Assembly: GCA_964276515.1 (NCBI GenBank)
Contig: OZ193910.1
Coordinates: 2,790,001-2,854,000 of the forward strand
Reading direction: 5' to 3'
DNA: 64,000 nucleotides
Source of the DNA: Gordius albopunctatus
Lineage: Eukaryota
The notes beneath the pieces are model-generated. The model was given only the letters and a program-made list of their open reading frames with translations, made no database searches and had not been told where the DNA came from. Positions 27,433-40,008 of the stretch are shown in pieces (positions within the stretch are counted from its first letter, which is position 1; every line of letters starts with the position of its first letter). Made by a program: the position numbers and the translations under genes.

Positions 27433-28227
27433 CATTTTAGCCAGGGGGGGGGCAGGTAGAGCCCTGTAAGGGCCGTCTGAAGCCCGGTCTGAGCCCGGCC
27501 CGATCGTGTTTCGGGCCCGATTCGGGCAAGATTTTATAATATAATCGAGAGCCCGACCCGAATTGAACTAAAACAAATTAATCTCCTATAAAAATATAGG
27601 ATTTAAATAAAATTCGATATTAAATAATTATTTTTCGCACAGCGTACATTATATAGCTTCCAAACTTTAGCTTTTTCCCTTGTCTATTATAATATAACTG
27701 ACCTGAATTGCAAATCTTATTCTAGTATTTAAATAGATTTATAGTAGCTGTTACAACTTTAGAAATAAGATAAGAAAATATTTCAAAAGGTTTTTTTGTT
27801 TGAACTTTTACAAATATATATTATAAAGTTAAATTTTTAGCTTTAAATGATTAACTGAATAAATTATAACGAATGAAAATTTTTTTATTTCAAACTTATC
27901 TTAGTTGTAAATACGTGTAATAAAATCTAATGCATTTTATATTAAGATGGTGAAATAATTTCCAAAAATATATTTCTCAAAAATTTTATTTAAAAAATCG
28001 GGTCGGGCCAAAAATAAAAAAATCTTTCGGGCTCGGGCCGGACTCGGGCAAAATAAAAATTGGAAGAAATTTCATTTTGCAGGGCTCTAGGGGCAGGTGG
28101 GGCGGCTGCCCCCCCCCCCCCCCTATTTTTTTTGGTCGCAGGAAAATTTTTAAAAAGTAGAGCAAAAAAATTTGTTAAAAAATAATCTGCCCCCCCCCCC
28201 CTAATTCAAAACCTGGGTAGGCCCATG
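27433..28227. mobile_element. MITE host (TSD GTACGATA/GTACGTTA) interrupted by a nested element
   Basis: Left end CATTTTAGCCAGGGG; right end CTGGGTAGGCCCATG. Confidence 0.75.
27457..28089. mobile_element. Non-autonomous hAT-like element (TAGAGCCCTG TIR) nested in a MITE
   Basis: TAGAGCCCTG...CAGGGCTCTA with perfect TSD GGGGCAGG; subterminal GCCCG/CGGGC repeats. Confidence 0.88.
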
Positions 28228-31200
28228 GTACGTTATCTTATTGTTTAATATTATTTATTCTTAGACACACCTGCATAACGTTGATTGGGTTATCACTGGG
28301 TTTATTTGATTTTTTAACATGGTAAGTATTGATATTATATTTGAATACAAGCTTTATTTATAATTTCAACGTTTTATATCAAGTCTAACTTTGAGTTATG
28401 AATTTGAAAACATACATCTAAGCATTTTTTGTTATAATTGATATAAAATGCACTAAAGGTCATTAAATGACAAAACGAACTTTGGTTTTAAGTAGTTTGC
28501 TTTCTGGTTAATAGGAATACCTTAGCTCAGAGCCATGCAAAAATGCTTTAATCAGTCAAAGGTCGATTTTTTTATTTTTCCGAATCCCACTTCACTTTAA
28601 TCAAAATCATTTTTTTAACTTTTGTACCGAACCAGTCCGATCAAATTTCGTATCGCAACTCTAAGATTCATATCTTTTACCATGTTAAATATATATTAAG
28701 GTTATTGATATAAATAAGTGATTTTGTTTTGTTCTAGGACTCCGAGTCGGGCATGGCCATCAGGCTTGACCTAAGCTGGATCTTTCTAGTTATTGTCCAG
28801 AATTTATACATAGCTGGGCCGAGCTCGAGCCGTCTGTGCAGGGGCGATGTATCCAATTACTTGAAACTTAGCTAATACTTAAGGCTTTGCGCGCGTGATT
28901 CAATATGTTACAATATAAGAGAATAAGTTTATTTGAAAATTTAGTATCAAATAAATCACTTGTTATCAGCAATTGACATTATACGATAACCTAAAGGGAA
29001 TTTTAAATAAGTTTCAGGTTGACTGATAAAAATAACTATGCGGGTAAAATAAGAGTAATAAATTTTAAAATTAAGATCATATGATAAGGTAGATCCAAAA
29101 TTCAAGTATCGAATGCACTATTTTTTTGTTCCGTAGTTAATTAATTGTATATAAACGGCTTGTTTAAGTACTTTGAATTTGTTCTCAACCAACAGATTAG
29201 CAGCTTCACAAAATTAAGTTAGGACATTCCCGTTTCTTTCCAATTAAAAATATTGGACAATCAATTAATCATGTTATTTAATGTTAAATATGCTGCGTGA
29301 CCCTCGGTTTTAAGTTAAGCAATACAATGCATATGCTATAAATGAAATTTTATGAGTACTAGGATGAGTTATTAGCGCCTCAAACCTCCCATCTCCTATA
29401 GCTTATAGCACTTAAAGTGACTGTGTGCTAGTAGACATAGCCGCATATGGGTGCTATGTGCTATAGTTTTACCTCCTTAAAAACGCTATTTACCCATCAC
29501 TAGGCGATACAATGAAAGCAATTCATTACCAGAATTTTTTTGTTCAATAACATTTAAATGCAAAATCAATTATTAAACATCATATTTATAACGTGTTAAA
29601 AACTATATTAAGCTAACCTTGTATAAAAAGTATCAAAATCATCGTGGATTTAATCGTTAAACTCTGTTATTATCCTCCAATCTTAAACATTTTCTTAAGG
29701 TTTAGCTAACACATTTGGCGTATTGCCTTTGATAAGTTAAATCATTCCCAAGCTCGTGCATCGAGAATTATACGACAAATGGTAATGTCAGGGGGGATAA
29801 GTTAAGATGTACATTAATGGGGCATGATGTAGTTGAATGACACGTAACCAACGCAGTCCTCATATCACAACACTGAGAAGAGTTAAAATGTATTGTATGC
29901 TATAAACTATTTTGACGGATCGATGGCTGTACGCTCATTTATGTCTCTCGCTCATTTTAATTTAAAACTAATCTATCTTTTTCTGTAACCGTAACATTTA
30001 TCATCTCTTCCCCGCTGCCTCCACTATTATGAAAGTCCCAGGGCTGGGATTGCACCTAGAATAATCAATAAAACAAATTAAGTCAAATTATATGGAGAGC
30101 TAATTTGTCCAAGTATATAATGTTTTGTGTGTGATATGTTCAACTTGTCTTATGTTAAAAAGCATCCTATTAAAAACGGCGACGTTTAGGCGTGCAAATT
30201 TATGTGCGCAATATCTAACTTACTTATTAATAATGGATGATATAAACTGTAATCAATCCCCCCCCCACAAAACTTTTGCCTATTATATCATTATAACATA
30301 AGTATAACTGTATCAGGGTAAAACCCTTGTGCCAGAAAAGAGCCCAATAAATACATATTAAAATTATTTATACGATCGTTTTTCATTATTTTGCATTCAG
30401 TGTGAATGAACGGTATAAATGACAGCTAGTACCAACTTGTATAACCATCTTTCATAAATAAAGTTCAAAGCCTTTATATAGGCATTCAAAAATATTTCAT
30501 TGCTTTGGCTATACCACGAATGAGTGTCTCAAAAGTTCTCTTAGTAAAGTAGATGATATATTTAATACATTAAAACTCGTTGGAGCATTTGTCATTTCAG
30601 AAGTGACAGTTTTAATTTCCCGCATCACGCTGACTTAGATGCGTTGCTACTCATTTATTTGACAGCCCTTAATTTATCATGCACATGAAATTAGGGAGCC
30701 TGAAAAATGAATAGATTTGAATCATCCTGCGTATGGGTTTAATCAAGGTAAAATTTGCTTCCTCTCCGTCACTTCGCAGTATTGATGGTTGGTGTGGGTA
30801 GTTGCAGTTAGTAAAAGTTATGTTCAATTTATATTTTGGATACTTTGACCGTAAGTAATATTTATGAATCCAACACCCCCACATGGTATTGCGATTGACA
30901 TATGAGGAAAGTTAAAGGTTTTATTCGGCTACCTCCTTAATTAATATTAATTAAAATTATTATTTATTATTCATATATTTAAAAATTAATCGAATGTGAC
31001 AAAATTGGTGACGGGAGATGATTTGAATTTACGAAGCACCTACCCAGATCAATTATAATTAATCATACAACTTATTAATTTTAATTAAATGTTTTAAATC
31101 ACTCTCGGTATATCCTTGAAATTCGACGCATATTTTGATATGAAGGCTTTTTATTAATTGCCTTTTACGATGATAAGTTAAAAGACATTTTTTGACAAGG

Positions 31201-33325
31201 TTTCTAAAAAATGGAATAATCTATTTTTATGAAATTTATTATAATTTTTTTGTTAACTTTTATATTTTATTTTTTAAAAAAAATTCATTAAAAATAGTCA
31301 ATACTTTCTAAGTAATAGGTAAAATGATGGAGAATATTTACTAAATTGTATATATGTGGTTATAAATAAGTTAAATGTTACTCTTAGCCAAAATCTCAAA
31401 AGAACTTGAACTACCCTTGATCCTGTTATAAGGTGTTTAATATTTGACTTAAACTAACAGTAAAAATTTTTATGAATCTAACTCAGGTCAAGTGTAGGTC
31501 AAAATCGGTCCACTGTGAGGTGTCATTAATTACAAAATAATTGATAACTCCACTAAAGGTCCCGTCCCTAACCAGATATTATCAAAATTTAAAAGATGGA
31601 ATCAACCAAAAAGGCAATGAGATGAATTTTTCACTATAATGATGGACATTTCTATGCGATCCTTTATAATGCCTAATATTAGGCATTTTTGACTTTGCTA
31701 ACTTTAATGCAAATATCAAGCTAATACAAACCTTTAACTACTCTTTATAATATGAATTCATTGTATGGTGATCAATCAATGCACACCTGACATCCTGCTG
31801 ACCTATCACAAAATTAATAATCTATTATCGTTCTTAGTTTTCTGTCAAGATTAACCCAAAGAACACAAACGTTTGGCCAGCCTTTTCTTAATTCTACGTA
31901 ACATAATTAACCATAAAGTCGTATTTTTATTATTACACGTTAAATATTCTCTAGAACACGCTGACCCTTTAACAATTGTAGGAACAAATCGCCATTGGGC
32001 CGATCACCGCTTAGTTTTAAAAACTAGTCAAGATTTAGTATATTTGTAAATTTTGACGTATTCCACGTTCACATCACTAAAGCTGATCATTAACTCAAGG
32101 GGAGTTCTCAGATTATTTATTATCTAGCCATTTCGACCTTCAAAAGGTTATTTTGGGTCAAATGAATATGTCAGACAATTCCCCCGGGACTGAATTAAAT
32201 TGCAATATTTTGGCGCAAACAATAAATCAAGGCATACCAATTATTTGAATCAAATCATTAAAAAAGAGGTAATAGGTCTACAATGGGAGAATACAAGCTA
32301 GTGAGAAATCGTGCCAATGCAAAAGACGTAATATGCATCAATATTTACAAAATTTGAAATCATTAGCAAGTTAGAAATAAACAATAACAAGTGTATGGGA
32401 CCAGATGATTAACTAAATACTTATTGAAATAAAGATTTGCCTCAAATATTTAAGCTAATTGCGGGGTATGTATTTAGCCTATTAAAAAATTAATGAAACA
32501 AAATTAAAGCTATTTTTTATGATACGTTTTCTAAAATCAGTTTAATGTTAGTAAAGCATCGCTGACTCTCACCTATGCTCCCTTACTATAATGACAAATG
32601 AGACATAACCATTGTGTCTCAGTTCCAGTCCAAAAAAGCAATAACCTATAAAAAATCATTAGTATTACTTGTCAGTAGAATTTAAAAATGTGAAATTAGA
32701 TATTTTAAAGCTCGGACAATTGTTTATACTTTAAAAATAGAATGATGGTGCCTTATGAACTTTATATAATTGTTTATATTTTGATTTAATTAAGGTCGAA
32801 ATTAAGAACAAAGGTTGCTGGACTTGAATTCGTAGATTGCAGTTTTCTCAAGGGAAGTCAATTATTTTATATCCAGCAATCACAGATAAACCTTGTCACG
32901 TTAAGTCCTATGATGATAAAAATTGACGATCATTGCAATATTTTATCCATATCTTAAATACTACATAAAAAGGGTTAGCACTTTATTGGCACTGGTCAGT
33001 TACATGAATAATAATAGCTATAATTTTGTTTTTCTAAATAATTAACTTTTTGTATTTCGTGAGCATAATCTTTTATATTTAACATATTAATTGCTACATA
33101 AATAGCGATCATCTTAGTAAAACCTTAAAGTCTCCCCCAATCAGCTTGGGGCCCTTTGACAAAAGGAGTGATAAAAATTTTATGAATTGGTGTACAGCAA
33201 TGTTTTTTAACATCACGCAATTGCATCGTATTTGAATAAAGGCTGATTTTGGAAAATCTTTCCATCATGCTTAAAAAAGCCTTTTTGTATACATTTGGCT
33301 TGTTTGTTCAAAACTATTAAAGTTT

Positions 33326-36300
33326 ATGAGAGTTATTACGCTGATAGATATCGATAGTTTTTATGTGCAAGTCGAAAGGCTACTAAATCCCGATTTACAA
33401 TCCAAACCATGTGCTGTTGTTCAATATAATCCATGGAAAGGAGGAGGGTAATTATTTTAATGTAGTCAAGTACCTTTTATAAGAATAATTGCACTCTCCT
33501 ATGAAGCCAAATCAAAAGGAGTACACAGAGGAATGCGCGGAGAAGATGCAAAAGAGGTTTGCCCAGATATAAATCTTATAAGTGTGCCAGAAACAAGAGG
33601 TAAAGCAGACTTATCTAAGTAAAACTATGAATAAATTAAATCTATAATTATTTTAGGTATAGAGAAGAGAGTGTTAAGATAATAAAGGTTTTAAATAAAT
33701 ATTGTTTGTCTTTGGAAAGAGCTAGTATTGACGAAGCTTATTTGGATATTACTGACAATGTTTTGCAAAAACTTAATGAAAATATTGCTTTAGATTTAAA
33801 GCTTAAAGGATCAAAAGATGTTGACATTCAATTAGCAGATATAATTAATGAGCATGACTTGGCAAACCTTTGTGAAGACACCTGTATTGCCCCCAATAAA
33901 TCAGGTAATATAATTATTTATAAAAAAGAACTTTAAAAAAGTGATTAGTTCTACTGAGCTAGAAACCTGGCTTGACTCTTGTAATAAAGATGATATATTA
34001 GATTTTGTATATCTTATATATGGTGCAATTATTACTAAAGAGATCAGAAATTCCATTCTCACTGAATGTGGTTTTGAATGCTCAGCTGGTATTGCCCCAA
34101 ACAAGGTAGTTTCAAATATAGCTAAGTTAATTATGCTAAATATTATTGTTGAATTAATGTTTTATTTTGTGCTTATAAATTTGAATAGATTTTGGCAAAA
34201 TTGGGTTGTGGCATTAACAAACCAAACAAACAAACAATTATTAAGGTAGCTGACATTCAAGAGGTCTATAGCAGTGTACCTATAGCTAAAATGTATTTAA
34301 CAAAATTAAATTTTTCCTTATTAAATCAATATAATACATTGAATATTGATTGGGAGAAATTTTAATGCACAAACACCATTTTGTCGATAGTTTTTTAGTC
34401 AGCCAAACTAATTTTGGTGGCTTTTTATTCAAATTCTATATAAAAATTACATGCTTACTTGCCTTAAAATTCATAAGTAACTAATTTAAAAGAGTTTCAT
34501 ATTTTGCTTAAAATATATTTTCTATTCAAGAAAATGCCCTACAAATAAAGTATTAAATTTTTGGTTAAATCCGTTCTATTACATATTAACAAATCATAGT
34601 AATCTTTATGCAGAACTGGTTTGGGTGGCAAATTTGGAAGTGCTCTCAGAGAAAAATATGGTATAGAATTGATGTCCGAATTGGCAGGGATACCTTTAAA
34701 GAGATTGAAGCAAGATTTTGGCGAAAAGAGTGGCGTTTGGTTGTACGATTTATGCAGGGGCATCGAGAATGACCCGATTCGCAATAGGACCATACCCAAA
34801 TCTATTGGTTGCAGCAAAAATTTTTCCGGAAAAACAGCTCTCGTACACCTTGATAAGGTTTGAGCTAGTGTGCAATGGTCCGCGTTTTGTTTGGTCAACC
34901 TTTGGTTTTAGTCGGATAAACATCAGCAGACCAAAGGTTTTTTGCCTTTGCTTATGTTTAGTAGGCATTAGCATTAATGCAAAGAGCACTCTCTTTGACA
35001 GAAGGCTCGTGCTTCTTTGAGATTATAGGTCGTCGACCAAATGACAGCCAGCCCTTTTAGCTTGTGATGCAAATCGAAGAAGTTTTATACCGGCTATTAC
35101 AACCCCGACATTTGTTCTGACAAACAACTTCCTTTTGAGTTGATTGTTTTAATGAAAATTATACTCGTTGAATGTTTAATTTTTGTTAACACAAATAAGC
35201 GGTTCATAATTTTAGCTCTACAGTTTATAAATTTTAGACTAGTTCTATAATGCAGATTCGGCTTAGATTCTATTTTAACAGGCATTTGAATTCTCAGGGA
35301 TTTAAAAACATTTTTGCTCAATCAAATAAGCATTTCAATATTATGTTGTTTTGCATCACGAAAACCATAATTGAAATATCAGAGTAGAGTTTAGAAATCA
35401 AGTGACGAGCATATAAAGACGCAGCTCTATGTTTTAATGTTGCCTCCTTTGCCTCACTTCAAAAACGCTTATTAAAACACACTCTAGCTATTGCAAAACG
35501 GCCTACAAATATTATAGCCATTTGCTAACCCTAGCCTAGGTGCGCTTACATATATTTGGCTTTTAGATTAGGCACTGGTTTTTGCAACTGATATCCGAAC
35601 TCTTGGAACGTTTGACAAAGGATAGAGACGAGGTAAAACTATTTTAAAAGCCAAATTGTTTATGTTATTAGTCAAAAACGCAAAGTTCTAGCTTATCAAT
35701 AAAAAACACGAAGACCATTTATTTAAACTTTGTTTTTTAGCTCAGTTTCTTTGACATTAAGAATACTATATATATTAACTCATTCATCATCCTTTTATGT
35801 TAAAATAAATGAATGACTATTACACTATGTTAATTTTTTTTATAAATCTAGTATCGCTTATAAAAAACGTAATCCCATCTTAATATCTGAATCTATAGAA
35901 TCATGAGCTCACTGCTCACATAAGGGTTTCCTCTTTTTGATTCCAGTAACCAAAAAGTTCTTTTCAACAAATTTGATTTTTTTCCTAGAATAATCGATCA
36001 CCCCAAACCTTGCACGTGGGTTTGGGTCAAAAGGTAGCTGGTGCGTCGTCCAATCACGTTTCACACCAATTCCCATTTCCAGCCCACGCTAAAGATCCCG
36101 AAAAAATTTGCGACATTTGTCTGGATAGTCTCAAAAAGTTCAACCGAAACAAGGAAAGTGTGGAGCGTTGGTAAATAGCTTTCGAAAATTCATCAACTAT
36201 CCCCACAGTTATTTTACCTCAATTATAAACGTTTCGGACTCTAATTCTAAATAATGTCCTTTTACCTATTGGTTGTCTGTCTCTAAGCTTTTAAAATCAT

Positions 36301-37276
36301 CTAGGAGTAAGAGAAAAGTTGTGTTATCTACAGCATTTTTTGTAAACTTAATTTTTGGTTTAAGCTTTGATTTACATTGATGTCCTTATTAAAATTAAAA
36401 AATATTAATATTTTGAGAAATTTTCCTAGTTTCACCTCATTTTTCATTTAAGATGCTTGATTTCTTGTGTCTCCATTTTTTTGCGAATGTTTTCTTCTAA
36501 AATTTTTTTCAATATTGCCGTAGCCCTTTTTCTAATAAACAGCCTATTATATTTTTCAATCTCTTTTTGCAAGTTTTATCCAAGCATCTGGTGAATTCTC
36601 CCCGCCATTAAGGAATGATGATTTTTTAGGGTGTAATTGACCTATTTATTTAGAAACCACTCATAACACCATGTTAGTTATTTTTTCCAATTACCATTTT
36701 CACATGTGATTATTTTTGAGCGTCGCGCGATTTTTAATATTTGAAAAATTGTTAAGCTAACTTAAATATTTGCAAGCACTACTGAACCTTTAATGTCGTG
36801 TTTAATATGTAAATAGGGACCCTCCGGTAACAAACATAAGCCTGAGCGCCACAAATTTTGCCCCTTGCAGTTCGGCTAACACGGACCTCAGAACTTTTAT
36901 CAACAAAGAAGACGCTCCCTCTACGTCTAATACTCAAACTAAAAAATCACCTGAAGAATCGCTTGAATGTACGAAGGAAGAACTCCCAGAGAAAATGAAA
37001 TATTTTGATGATTTCATGCCTGACAATATAGATCAATTGGATCAAGATGTGTTTGATGCCTTGCCCGTGGATATAAAATTGGAAATCAAGGGCCACTTAT
37101 CACATCGTGCACATTCTAAAAGGGGAGAAAAGAGAAAACACGATCAAAAAATGTCCGCCATAAACAAAAAAGGGAGAGTCGCAAAGCCTAAAGAGAAAAA
37201 TAGAGGGAAATCGAAAAGTAAAGTTAACAAATCCGATTCCGCTCCAAAGTCAAACATCCTCAATTATTTGAAATAA
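33326..37276 (+). CDS. POLH: DNA polymerase eta (Y-family translesion polymerase), 9 exons, ~574 aa
   Basis: Exons 33326-33447, 33484-33618, 33657-33904, 33942-34105, 34189-34292, 34614-34857, 35567-35632, 35989-36170, 36817-37276 sum to 1725 nt. Motifs: LIDIDSFYVQVE, PCAVVQYNPWKGGGIIALSYEA, RGKADLSKYRE, ERASIDEAYLDIT, CSAGIAPNKILAKLGCGINKPNKQT, GLGGKFG, PKSIGCSKNF, WDPPVTNISLSATNF, C-terminal PIP-like SNILNYLK. Confidence 0.95.
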
Positions 37277-37311
37277 ATATACTCAGGAGATTTATTTATT
37301 TATGATTATTT

Positions 37312-37317
37312 AATAAA
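37312..37317 (+). terminator. Candidate polyadenylation signal of POLH
   Basis: AATAAA 36 nt after the stop codon. Confidence 0.45.
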
Positions 37318-38216
37318 ATGCAGGTGGCACTAGATTGTTTAAAAATCTCATCACATCATCACAGTATTTTTATTTTTATAATTGTGTAAATGATATATAT
37401 CTTAAATGGCTCTTTTTAATGCTTAACTAGTTCAATATTTTTTCCATTTCTTTTTGAAAACGCTTTAATTAACCTAAATTACTATTTATAATTTATACAG
37501 TCTTTCCTTATTTGTGCTCGTTTACTAATGGCGGAAAAAGGGTAAACTTACTTGAACAGCAGTCTATGAATGCAAATCCATAATTTATAAATTGTATTAT
37601 CTACTTAATAAAACATGTTTTTTACATATAACTTATAGTTGTACCCTAATTTTTATAGTTTAACGGAATTAGTGTCTACTTTTTAAATTATGGGAAAAGG
37701 GGAAATAAATTTTCATAAGCATTAAGCGCTTTCGTAATTTTTGTATTGGGATCCTTCCGATCCAATGCAATATTAATCCTATAAGCTATGTGTCCTTTAA
37801 ATTATTTAAAATCTTGTACCTTTGTTTATTATTACCCACTTTTAATTAAATATTTACTAATTAAAATATTTAAATTCTGCTTGCTATGGTAATGCCAGCC
37901 CACTTAAAAAACAAATAGATTCCCTTTTGCCTAAAAAATGGTTCCACAATGTACCCAGCTTTATAATATAGATAAAAGTGTCCATTTGAATTGCTCTATG
38001 CGCTGCTTTATACAAGTTATTGCAAACTTTCAATTCTGCCTTACCTAATTAGGGAATTTAATTTTTAAAGTTTTAATCTAACACAATCGACTAGGCGTTT
38101 TGGGGAAAAGACAGCATTTATTATCCAAAAAACGTATGAGCTAGCTTACAAATAGCGAACCGCTCGACAAAATCAACGAAATAAAATGAGGCAAGGCAAT
38201 AAACTGATCATTAAAA

Positions 38217-38705
38217 AACTCGGGCCTTCGGCCCTCGTGGTAAGGGGCAATGGGAGTAGGGGAAGGGAAGGGGGAACTCTTCTATACTCTGTATAAAAGT
38301 AGCATATTTGCTATGCAATTTATGGGCGAGAATGCTTATAGGGGGGTATCAAATGCAAAATGATTAGTTAATTATTTATACAAATTTTCCATCACTTTGG
38401 TTATCTTTTATAATGGTTAGCAGACAGACAAATAATTAGCCTATAATAATAATCAAGAAAAAAAATCGATTTTAATGTCACTTTGGCCAATGGTCATTTT
38501 TTTCATTGGTCAGTAGCGAGCAGACGTCCAAAAAGTCATATTATCAATGGCATTAACAAGAAAAATATATTAATTTAATTAAAAAAAATTAATTTTGTCC
38601 TCTCCGGATATTGAACCAGCAATTAAGAATTTGCCCTCGCCGGGATTCGAACCCACATCAGTAGAGGCATAAGCTTTTGTAGGGGGGGGGCACTACTACT
38701 ACTAT
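38217..38705. repeat. Dispersed repeat copy 2 (hairpin CTCGGGCCTTCGGCCCTCG at left end, (CTA)n at right end)
   Basis: Homologous to 3078-3910. Confidence 0.8.
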
Positions 38706-38758
38706 TACCAAAACCAAGTCTGGGGTAATTTGTCAATGTAAAAAACAGGGATAGTTAA

Positions 38759-38900
38759 TCTTATATATAAAAATGAAACTATGTATGTATGCCGCCGCCA
38801 ATTTCGGAGAACTACCAGACCGATTTGACTCAAAATTTCACAGTTTATTTCCCACACTCCGGAGAATGTTTTAAGATATGTTCGAGCCAAATCGGTCCAG
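38759..38900 (+). mobile_element. Probable Helitron 5' end fragment
   Basis: A|TCTTATATATAAAA...TATGTATGTATG...ACCGATTTGACTCAAAATTT resembles invertebrate non-autonomous Helitron 5' ends; no CTRR 3' end identified. Confidence 0.45.
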
Positions 38901-39614
38901 CAATTAAACTTGAAATAAATAAAATTTCTTTCTAATTGGATTTTTTCATTCTTGGATTAGGCATGTGCTGCGGAAAATGGAAACTTTTTACGTTTTGAAA
39001 CATTAAATCAAAGCATGGGCGTACGCAGGTTTTGAATTAGGGGGGGGGGGGTCAGATTTAAAAAAAAAACATTTTCTCGACTATCCAAAAATTTTCATGA
39101 GATTATAGGACGGTCGTTTTGTATATAATTTAAAAAGTAAATGTGCTAGGATAAAAAAATTGTGAATACTTTCTTCTCCCATATATCTACGAATTAAATC
39201 TATTAAGCAAAATTTTTACCGATTAATTTACAAGTTATCGACGTTTGAAAAACGCTAAAATCGCGTTTTTGGCAACTCTGACAGCGAATATTTAAAAACT
39301 TGACGTATAGGGAAAAACTAAAAACATATTTGCGGGTTGATTTTTCTTGTTGAACCGTGCAATTAGTGGACACGTGGCAAAAAACTCGTTGCTCACGGTT
39401 AACAGTCCTTAATTTTCGTGCAATTTTATAAATTATTTTTAATATTTGTTCTAATAAAATTAAAAATCATTTCATATTTGCCATCACGCAAATTGTGGAT
39501 GAATTGGTAGTGTAGTTTATAAAAATGCTTTCTTTGCCTCACTTCAGACTTACCTCAAATGTTTACAAGCAAATCACAATTTAACTGATAATGTCGCGTT
39601 TAATATATAAACAG

Positions 39615-40008
39615 GGATTCTCATGTAACAAATATATGCATGAGCGCCACAAATTTTGTCCTTTGTAGTATGGATAACATTGATCTTATAACTTTTACTA
39701 AAACACTCCCTACGTCTAAAGCTAAGAGCAAAACATCTACAAAAAGTTGCTTGAAATTATGTAGAAAATAATCGCAGAGAAATGAATTATTTGATGATTT
39801 CATGCCTGAGGATATAAAATTAAAGGGCCACATATAGGATCGTGCACATTTAAAAAGGGTAGTAAAGAGAAAAAACCACCATAAAACGTTCTTTAAAAAT
39901 AAGATAGCGAGATTCGCGACCTAAAGAGAAAACTAAAGGACAATCGAAAAGCAAAGATAACAAAAAGTCCCGCTTCATAGGTCCAACATATGGGATTATT
40001 TGAAATAA
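39615..40008 (+). pseudogene. POLH: Diverged duplicate of the POLH last exon (pseudo-exon or alternative terminal exon)
   Basis: Colinear with 36817-37276 (e.g. GTAACAAA.ATA.GC.TGAGCGCCACAAATTTTG, TGATGATTTCATGCCTGA, ATTATTTGAAATAAATATACTC). CAG acceptor retained; in-frame TAA at 39769; UBM-coding stretch deleted. Confidence 0.85.

Noticed and set aside
33326..37276. Calling the gene Pol iota or REV1 because of the UBM-like motif
   Set aside because: Core motifs (QYNPWKGGGII, RGKADL, KSIGCSKNF, WxPP) are Pol eta-type; there is no BRCT domain.
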